Notes under the pieces: model-generated
Database searches by the model: none
What the model was told of the DNA's origin: nothing
The model's input: only the letters and a program-made list of their open reading frames with translations
Shown here: in pieces, positions 54,916 through 64,000 of the stretch
Position numbering within the stretch: the stretch's first letter is position 1
Layout: every line of letters starts with the position of its first letter
Translations under genes and position numbers: made by a program
NCBI GenBank assembly: GCA_003971905.1
Contig: RSEE01000006.1
Span: forward strand, 186,001-250,000
DNA length: 64,000 nucleotides
Direction of reading: 5' to 3'
Origin: Moniliella sp. 'wahieum'
Lineage: Eukaryota

Positions 54916-57900
54916 TGTTAGAGGGTAAGTACTAGTGCTGGGATTCCACTGCACAGCCCTCAATGGATCGGTGACGCTCGCTTAGCTGGGCGGAAGAGTT
55001 GCGCTCGCAGGCCGCGCACGCCCTGCTCGCTCCATCTCCCTTCTCCCCCTCCTTTCTCCTTCCCTTCAGACGTTGCTTGAAGACTTGGGGCCCACCACTT
55101 TGCCTTCACGCCTTGTCTGAAGGCTACTTTGCACCTGATCCGTAGGATCGCGAGTGCTCCCAATTCGCACTCTAGCAGCCGCAAGGACATGATTGCAACC
55201 AAATTCCGCAGCGCATGTCACACGCCACACTCCAACATTGCGGTTGCGTTTGAGCGGACCGTGAGGAGATTCGGCGGAGGCCTACTACGCGCTGAAGACT
55301 TGGTGAAAGCAGACGGAAACCACCATCTCATACGAAACATGTACTAGTATTATGTGTACACACCGATGCAGTCCGATCGATGAGAGCTTTTGGATTGAAA
55401 AGGCGTGTTGAGACGCACAGAGGGGAAATCGACAGTGCCGCAGTACGACGCTGATGCAGAAACGCCCCCCACGGACGGTAGCCCATACTAACAGGCATCC
55501 GCGCCCACTCAGCCCAGCCGGTGAGAGAAAACTTAAAATATGCAAAAGGCTTATACGGCACAGCGACTCTATAATACTGTTGATTGGCATCTGTCGATAT
55601 ATAAGAGAGTGTCCATGCCGAATTAACCATACGTACGCGCACCACATACCAGCTCTCTCCCCACCACCTCCCCGCCCAGCACTTCTCCGCCCTCCTCACC
55701 TACCATGACCAAAGCAATCGGGATCGATCTTGGCACCACCTACTCATGTGTCGCTGTTTTTGAGGGTGAGGACAGGGTCACGATCATTCGCAACAGCGAA
55801 GGCAATAACACCACCCCCTCCTACGTGGCCTTCAACGACATGGAGAGGCTTATTGGTGATGCGGCGTTCAAGCAGACTGCCATGAACCCATCCAATACCG
55901 TGTTTGACGCCAAACGGCTTATCGGCCGCAGATTTGACGAAGAGGTGGTCCAGGATGATATGAAGCACTGGCCTTTCAAAGTGGTTGATGAGGACGGTCA
56001 GCCGGCAATTCAAGTCCAATACAAGGGCGATACGAAGACTTTCACTCCCGAGGAAATCTCGGCCATGGTTGTGTCCAAGATGCGCGAGACGGCCGAGGCG
56101 TACCTTGGTGGGCCTGTAAAGGATGCTGTGGTGACAGTGCCTGCCTACTTCAACACCTCCCAACGCCAGGCTACCAAAGACGCTGGTACCATTGCCGGGC
56201 TCAACATCTTGGGCATTGTCAATGAGCCCACTGCTGCTGCCATGGCTTACGGGTTGGACACCATGACTGAACATAAACGTACTGTCCTCGTCTTTGACTT
56301 GGGTGGCGGTACGTTTGACGTATCGTTGCTTGACATTACAGCGGGCACATTTCCGTCAAGGCCACCTCCGGTGACACCCATCTCGGTGGCGAAGACTTTG
56401 ACACCTGTCTCGTCGACCATTTTGTCGAGGAATTCAAACGCAAGGAAAACAAGGACATCACATCTGACCCCCGCGCTCTTCGCCGTCTCCGGACTTCATG
56501 CGAGCGCGCGAAGCGAACTCTTTCCGAGGCTGAACATACCACAATCGCGATCGATTCGTTATTTCAGGGTATTGACTTTATCGCCTCTATCAACCGGTCT
56601 CTCTTTGAGGAGCTGTGCAAAGACCTGTTTTCCCGTATCATTGGCCCTGTCGAGAGCGTCCTGCAAGACGCGAACATTAACAAAAATGACGTGACTGACG
56701 TTGTCTTGGTTGGGGGATCAACAAGGATTCCTCGTGTGAAGCGCCTTCTATCGGACTTCTTTGACGGGCGCAAACTCAATCGCTCAATCAACCCCGACGA
56801 GGCTGTTGCTTATGGCGCCGCCATCCAGGTTGCGATTCTCGCGGGTGACAAAAACCCCGAGTTGAGCCAAGAGCTGATTCTGCTCGATGTAGTCCCACTG
56901 TCTTTGGGTGTGAGAAAACACGGCGGTGTGTTTTCTGCCATCATCAAACGCAATTCAAGGGTGCCCACCACGGGGGTGAAATCCTTTCGCACAACGCATC
57001 ATGGCGACCAGGCTGATGTCAGAATTTCCGTGTACGAGGGTGAGCGGTCCCTCGTCGAGGAGAACCATTTTCTGGGCGCGTTCAGGTTAACTGATATCCC
57101 GCCTGCGCCCTGGGATGAGCCTACGATTGATGTGACTTTTGACTTGGACACCAACTCCATTCTCACGGTGTCGGCTGTTGACAAGAAGACGAACAACTCC
57201 CAAACGATTACCATCACCGATAGTGGCCGCCTGTCAAAGCAGGACATTGCGCGCATGGTGTCGGATGCCGAGAAATACAAGAAAGATGATCAGGAAGCAG
57301 TGGCACGGATTAATGCCTTAAATGAGCTGGATTTGTACGCCTGCCAAATGCGCCGCTGGCTGCGTGAACATGGTACTGCGGACAAGCTCAAGCCGAAGGA
57401 AAGGGAGGTACTGGAAGCGACGGTCAATCAGACGTTTGACTGGCACGGCGAGTACTCAACGAAGGCTTCAAAGGAGAGTTTCAAGAAAAGAAAAGACACC
57501 TGCAGGCCATTGCAGACCCCATCGTGCAGGGATTTGAGCAGCGGAGCCGGAGCGCTGGAAAGCGCCGCGCCAGTCACAGCTCTTAGTGGTGAGCACCCCC
57601 TGTTGTCCACGTGTATTACAGCGATGGTCACAAGTGGTTGCGGGTGGAACCCAATATATGTCACTATTTTTCTCTTCCTATTCTCCTTTCCTTTTTACTC
57701 TTTCTTTCTCTCTCTCTTTCTCTTCTCGAATCTGGAACCCACACCCCATCTGTTCTCCTAACAACTATGTGCGGTCGAAAAGACCCCCTCCCTGCCAGGT
57801 CTCCATCATGAGCACCGGATCATCGTATGACACCGGATCATCGTATGACCGTCTTCACAATAAGATGACACATAATACCGAAGTTGACTGCGTGATAACA

Positions 57901-58095
57901 TGATGCCCGCTATAGTACTATTGTCTCGCCATGAAGCAGAACACTCTATTCGACGCGCAGTCTTTAAACTACTACACAGAGGGCTGTTTTAACGGCGGCA
58001 ATTAATGAACGGAAACGAGAGGTTGAGAGCATGTTATAGAGGGTATAGTGCTACCAGAGTTCCCCTGCACGGCCCTCAATGGGTCGGTGACGCTC
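54916..58095 (+). repeat. Dispersed fourth Hsp70 unit bounded by ~60-bp direct repeats
   Basis: Aligns to the tandem units along its length; TGTT..GAGGGT..TTCC.CTGCAC.GCCCTCAATGG.TCGGTGACGCTC at 54916-54979 and 58032-58095. Confidence 0.92.
55705..57586 (+). CDS. Atypical cytosolic-type Hsp70, copy 4
   Basis: All NBD motifs present; frameshifts near 56352 and 57490; restored C-terminus [14 protein letters not shown]. Confidence 0.95.
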
Positions 58096-58887
58096 TGGCC
58101 CTCTCCATCACCGGCATCACCACAGTCACCACTGGTCACTTCCCTTCTGGTCGCACACGGAGCTTTCCATGCGCCATTCAATATTTCCTTCTCAGCTGCC
58201 TGGAGCGAATGAAACGGGGCGCAAACAGCTGCCCTACGGCACTACGGCATGGATTGAATGCACAGTGGTGCCCATGGAACATTGCTGATGGCTCATCTCA
58301 TGGCATCGCTTGGTATATACGAACCAGCGTGGCTGGTTGCTATGCTAGAGAGCGGCCGTACCGTCCACCGGCACCGCCGGTGGCAAAGTACCACCACCGA
58401 GAACGGAGCACCGCGCGCGGAGGGGCCTTGCGCAGTACACCGTTCCCAGTCACCCAGTCGAACCCATCTCCCTGTATGGTTGTCACCTTACAGGCCGCCC
58501 ACTGCAGCAACCGGGACGTTTTCGTACCTGTCCGACCGACACCGCCGCGCGACGGACTGTACATGCCCGACCCCCCCGCCGTTGCAGTAGGCCAAACGTG
58601 ACCGCGTGACCACGGAAAAAGGGTCCGGACCAATCCGCTCTACTGTGGCCTGACCCAACCGCGCTCGCCTAACCCTCCACCTACGTTTGTCGTTCATTCC
58701 GTAACCGCTAACCCGTCAAGGCCGCGGGAGGACACGTCGTACACTAATATACCCCACCGTGCCGTACCGTACCCTACCCTAGTATAAGGTAAACGTACCC
58801 CGACGGCGGACGGGGGAAGACACCTGGAATACTCTACACTGAGCACTGAGCTCCGCCCTGCTGTGCGGGGGAAGCGTTGAACTTCAG

Positions 58888-58940
58888 CGCTGAACGCTGA
58901 ACGCTGAACGTGGAACGTTGAACGTGGAACGCTGAACGTC
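58888..58940. repeat. 7-bp tandem repeat CG(C/T)(T/G)GAA x7
   Basis: cgctgaa cgctgaa cgctgaa cgtggaa cgttgaa cgtggaa cgctgaa. Confidence 0.9.
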
Positions 58941-60046
58941 GATCTAAGCGTAAGCCCACACGCAATTCACGGAGGCAAGCCCGCCCTCCCTATGGCAGAA
59001 GCTGCACTGCCGAGGGGGGGGGGGGGACGTGTGAGGTGGGCCAGGGCCAGACGGGGAGCTAGGGGGGCGACCGAGGTGACAAGGTGCCGAGGTAAGCAGG
59101 CCGGGGCGACGGGGCGGAGGGGTGGGTACGGGGTCGGGCGTCGGGCGTCGAGCGTCGGGGGCAGAAGAAGAGTAGGAGCAGGACCAAGTGGGACCCAGAC
59201 CAGGGGCTATTGCGGTCCAACGTCTAAGGGGGGGAAGGGGGGATGGATTGTAGGAAGGCAGGGCCGGGCAAGAGAGGTGAGGTGAGGTGAGAGGGGAGGA
59301 GAGGAGAGGCGAAGAGAGAGAGGATAGAGAGAGGAGAGGGGGAAGGGCAGAGAGAGCTTGAAACGGTTCCGCCTAGCTAAGAGTGTGGAGAGAGGGAGTG
59401 GAAGAGACAGAGAAGGGGAGAGGTCCCCCACACTACTCCCACACTCTACTCCACTCCACTCCACTCCACACCTACAGCCAGGCGTCAGAAGCGGAAGGCC
59501 ACAAGCGCTTTTTTGTTGGTTTTGGCATAAGAGAACATCCGACGCTCCGCAAGGAACTGGAACTGGGAACCGTAAGGAGGCAGCGATGTTAAGGACATGT
59601 CGAGAAACGCGGGCCGACGGAACGCACGTGCGTCCGCGGCGGGACGGAGAAAAAAAAAAAGAGAAAAAGACAAAAAGAGAAAGAAAAGAAAAAAAAGGAA
59701 AAGGGAAAAATGGTGATGTGGTCGGGGGGGAAGGGAGAGCCGAGACAGGGAACGAAGACGGACCAAGGGGAGAAGGTGAGGGAGGCCGAGAGGCAGAGGC
59801 AGAGGCAGAGGCGGAGGACGGACGCGACCAGTGGGGAGACGGACGAAACCCAGGTGGGCCCCAAGCCCTTGGGAAGTGGTTAACAAAAAGGCGAGCGAAC
59901 AGGGCAGGCAAAGGCGAGCAGGCAAGAACAGATGAAGAGATGGGCAGGGCAGGAACGAAACGGGGAACACGGCACAAATCAACAAACAGTCCACAGTCCA
60001 CAAACCACCAACCACCAAACGTAAACCACAACCTACCACGCCACCC

Positions 60047-62148
60047 TCACAGTCCGGCAATGGGCACATGCGGAACCGTGTACGGGTAGGCGAGGCGGTA
60101 CGGGTGGTAGTGGCCGTAGAGCGGGACCAAGCGTTGTTGCTGTTGCTGTTGCGGTTGTTGCGGCTGGTACGAGTAGGGGTAAGGATAGTATCCGTTGTAC
60201 CCCATCCAGGAAGCGTACTCGGGCGCCTTGCTCTGGCCCACAGGCAGTAACGCAGCCGGAGCGAGCGGGACCGAGGCCTTCGCCTCGGGCTCTTGAATCG
60301 ACGGCGACGAGGACGAAGAGGAGGAGGTACTGTCGTCCATTTGCTGGGCGGGCGAGGAGAGCGCCTCAAAGCCGCGGTAGGGCGACGCGTTGAGCGAGTC
60401 GACGGTGGAATGTTCCGACGCTGGCGACACAGGCTCCAGCAACGGCGAGTCCAGGTCCATGTCGCCCGTGGAGAGGTAGGAAACCACCGAGCTGGCCCGC
60501 TTGGGTTTCAGCATGCGTTCCGCCGGCAACTGCTCCTCGAGCGCAACCAGCACCCACCTGTACTGGTCCGGTCCCACTTCGTTCATCTCCAGCGCCTTGT
60601 CAATCGTTTCCTCCCCGGGGCAGGGCGGGTTGTACGAGTCAATCAGGCGGGCGCGAGACAAAGTTGCTGAGATCGTGGAGGTAGGAGACCCACTCTTCCT
60701 CCTTCGGCACCAAGTCAAAGTGGCACACGCGCAGGTAGAAGCGTTCCATCACGTTGAGCTCGGCGAGCGGGATGCCAGTCACCTCGGTCCAGGTCTTGTT
60801 CAAAAAGGTATTGTCGTCCAAGTGCTTGTTGCCCATCATCGGCCCAAGACAAACAGCTTGAACGGGAGCGACGTGCTGGGTTGCAGGAAGGCCTGGGCAA
60901 ATTCCTGCTTCCAGGTCTGGACGAGGTAGGCTTGCGCCTCCATCGCACCCTCCTGCTTCTTCACACATCCTCCATCTCCTCCCCGCCACATCGGCAAGGG
61001 TACGGTAGAGCCGGAGGGCGTAAAAGAGAGCGAGGAAGAGGGTTGAGGGCGTAAGCAGCGGCTGCTGCAACACGGTTTGAACAAAATTGGTAAACGTCTC
61101 CATGGTCAAATGCGTCGTCTGCACCGCACCCTCGCGCTGCAACGGCCAGGAGCGCCACTTGCGCATAGATCGAGTCTTGCTGCAACGAAAGAAACACACG
61201 GTCGTCGTACGTTTGGTCCGTGGCCACCTGCAGCGAGGTAGGCTGCGGTGCAGGGCCATGTCGACGACCTGCTTGCTAGCAGGCGAGAGCCAGTCGGGGC
61301 TCATCGCTCACCAACCACTTCCTGGAACGCCTCGGACAGCTGAAGGAACAGGGCAGCCACCACGGGCGCAAGCCAAGACGTGCGTCCCTCCAAGACCAAT
61401 CTTCGTCGCCGGGCATCGCCTCTCGCTCACGGGCGACGCGGGGCTTGGGCACGTCGCGCTGCACACGGGCGGCGGGGTGGAGACGAGCGGCACGGCAGAC
61501 GGCTGATGCGTACCAAGATGCAAGATGGCAGGATCAACAAACCAGGCCTCAGCGTCAGCAAGAGTGGGGGGCACAGACCCAGACAGGGCAGAGGCCGAGA
61601 AGGGGAGACTTACGGCGTGAGACCAGTACTTGGGGGTGGGCGTTGGCCGGCAGCGGGGCTTGCTGGTGCTGGTGCTGGTGGGGGTGCTGGTGCTGGTGCT
61701 GCGAAGGCGGCGTCGGCCACGCGCCCGCAGGAGCGGCCGCCGAGTTGGCACCATGGCTGGCGGACAGCTTGGCGAGATTGTGGCAACGACGAGCTGGTGC
61801 TCGAGGGAGTGGTGGGTGTGGGCGTACCCGTGGCCCGTGGCGCGGTACTCGGCGGCGGACGGAGCCCAGTCGGGCGCCTCGAGGGGCGAGGCGGCGGCGG
61901 CGCCGCGGGAGCGTACTGGGGCGGGAGGGGGGCGAGGGGGGGGGGGGTAGGGGGTAGTAGGCGCTGTCATGGGCGGGGTAGGCGAGCGGATACTGGACAT
62001 GGGGGGGCGAATGCACGGGGCCCGGCGCCGGCCACTGGGCATAGGCGGCCGCGGCACCGTGGTGGCTGTCGGTGCGGCGGGGCGGGTAGGCGGCGGGGTA
62101 GGCAGGCGCGCCGCCGTAGACGGCGCCCATGGCGGGGAAGTAGCTCAT
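60047..62148 (-). CDS. Pho85-family cyclin (Clg1/Pcl-like)
   Basis: FVQTVLQQ..TPSTLFLALFYALRL; GNKHLDDNTFLNKTWTEVTGIPLAELNVMERFYL; Pro/Tyr/His-rich N-terminus. Confidence 0.8.
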
Positions 62149-63213
62149 GGCCAGCGGCACAGGCACGGAGACGCAGGGGCGGGCGAGCGCAGAGGCAGGC
62201 AGCCGGACAACGCACCAACACGGGGAACACGGGGCGAACACGCAGGAGCTGCAATTAAGGCGTCTGTGCGTTCTGGGGGTGGGGGTGGGGGGGGGGGGGG
62301 GGGGGGAGGAGAAGGGGAGGGGGCGGGCAAGGAGCGCGGGTCGAGCGAGAGAGAAGAGACGGCGGGCTGAGCGTCGCGGGGCACTCAGAGGCTCATCAGC
62401 TCTGGGCTCGAGTCAGAGGGCTGCAGAGGGGCTGGCAGGCAAGCACGCCGGCACCAAGCGCAGTGCCAAGGCCAGGGCCGAGGGGGGGGGGGGAAGCGAG
62501 GAAGGTAGGCCGGTGGAGTGAGCAGGCGAGGGAGGGGGGGCAGCGAGGCGGGGGGGGGGGGGGAGGGCGCGCGGAGGAGGTGGTGGCGGGGACGCAGCTG
62601 TGCATCGCCGCGACGGCCTCCGACTTGGCCACGCCGGCGCATCGGGGTCGGGCGGGCGTGGCGGGGGGGGTTGCTGCCGCCTGGGGCCCAGGGGAGAGTG
62701 CTGCCTACTGCGTGCTGCCTACTGCGACTGCTCCTGCGGCCCCTGCGGGCATCGCTCATCCTCCAGCTCAGCTCACCCACCGCGCTGCCTGAATGCCGCC
62801 GCAGCACAGCACAGCACAGCACCGCCCATGCCCCCTGCGTTTCGCCACCACCCGGGCAGCACGGCGCCTGTGCTGCACGCGGTTTGTTCTGCACGTTCCC
62901 AGGGGTAGGGTTGGGGGACGGGCGGCACGCGGGACGCTGCGCTGGTTTCTTTCTTTTTTTTTCAGGTGCAGCCACACGCGCGCCGTGGGGGGCGGGGCGG
63001 CGCGGCTGCCCACTGGGTGGTTGGGCCATCGTGCAGAGTGGCAGGCGAGTGGCCACGCGCACTGCGCCTGCGCCCGTGCTGCGCCAGCCTGCTTCGGCCG
63101 TCTTCTGTGTATGTAAGCTGCATCGTGGCCTCGGCTGCTGGTGCGATTACGTACGCGTATGCTGCAGCTGAACGTTCAACACGTGCATGTCATTATCATT
63201 GCCAGTAGGAATA

Positions 63214-64000
63214 CTACAGCGCCGTCCATCCCTTGGGCTCGGTCGCCAGCGACTGGCGCACGGACGTGGGGTAATCCACCAGCGCATCCCGCCCAATCAG
63301 GTCCACAAAGCGGCCGTTGTGCACCTCGTTCAGGTCCTCCTTGTCCAGCTCCGCCTCCTTCTCCCACGCCGTGTGCGCCAGCGGCGCATCCGGCCGCACA
63401 GCGAGGATGTTGTGGATGAGGCTGCGGTACGTGTACGGCGCCGTGAACGCCAGGATCCGCTCCCCGCCCACATCCGCCCGCGTCAGCGCCGCCACGTGCA
63501 CCTGCGCCGTGTTCACCACATTCACCATCCACTGCGGGCCCTCGTACTTGAGCCGGCTCAGGTCCCCCGCCGCCGCGTCTGGTACACGATCAGGTTGGTG
63601 TTGAACGACGTGGCTGCCGGGTGCGTCGGCCCCCAGTTGACATTGGGCAGGATCGTCGTCAGCGTGAACCCAGGCTGGGTCGTCTGCACAAACTTCCATG
63701 CCGCCTGCTCCGACAGCACCTTGCTCGCGGCGTAAATGTCCTTCTTGTTGCCGTTCGTTTGCGCCGGCACGACACCTCCTCGTTCCACGACGCGGTCGTC
63801 ACCTCCTTGCCCTGCGTAAACTGCGAATACGTCGCGGCAAACGAGCTGGAGGTGACCACCACCCGCCGCACCGACGGCGTCGCAGCGGCCACCTTGAGGA
63901 TACCCAGCGTGCCCTCCACACTCGGAGGCACCACCTCCTCCCACTTGTCGGAAAACGTCAGCACGGCAGCCACATGTGCCACGCCGGCCACGCCTTGGAT
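63214..64000 (-). CDS. NAD(P)-dependent aldehyde reductase / extended SDR (Gre2/DFR-like), 5' end outside window
   Basis: GVAHVA, PSVEGTLGILK, SVRRVVVTSS, YAASKVLSEQAAWKFV, TILPNVNWGP. Confidence 0.88.

Noticed and set aside
55129..55347. Small ORF in the conserved Hsp70 upstream block as a partner gene
   Set aside because: Copies 2 and 3 both differ from copy 4 by 2 nt at CACGCCAC(AC)TCC, so the frame is not conserved; there is no clear start.
57813..57848. 18-bp tandem duplication CACCGGATCATCGTATGA in the copy 4 3' flank
   Set aside because: Looks like a simple slippage duplication private to one copy; no sign of function.
58888..58940. Heat-shock element, CRISPR or telomeric array
   Set aside because: GAA units are direct with a 7-bp period rather than alternating 5-bp units; there are no spacers and no TTAGGG run.
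59207..60089. Long ORFs on both strands
   Set aside because: Purine-rich low-complexity sequence, probably the 3' UTR of the cyclin gene.

Overview
GC-rich fungal genomic DNA, most likely a basidiomycete (inferred from an MP88-type mannoprotein and short GT..CTAAC..AG introns). Single-base indels are everywhere, including in essential genes (PP1, CDC6, PWP2, CCA1). I read these as long-read consensus errors, so most CDS limits are stitched across frames and approximate. The backbone is housekeeping: NOP14, DBP8, NDUFAF3, an UNC93-like MFS protein, an MP88-like protein, two Pho85-type cyclins, a PB1/multi-ZZ protein, CCA1, G-protein gamma, ATG11, PP1, PWP2, RRP1, MRPS16, tRNA-Cys, CDC6 and an SDR reductase. 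The stand-out accessory signal is an amplified ~3.1-kb unit carrying an atypical cytosolic-type Hsp70, present as three tandem copies (8.6-18.2 kb) and one dispersed copy (54.9-58.1 kb). The copies keep the ATPase motifs but lack EEVD and end in basic tails. They differ from each other mainly in the peptide-binding loops and show a patchwork of shared variants consistent with gene conversion. The dispersed copy has the same ~60-bp junction repeat at both ends. The 3' flank of copy 1 holds a solo LTR and a MITE-like foldback element. A stand-alone Copia-gag-like ORF lies head-to-head with the G-gamma gene.
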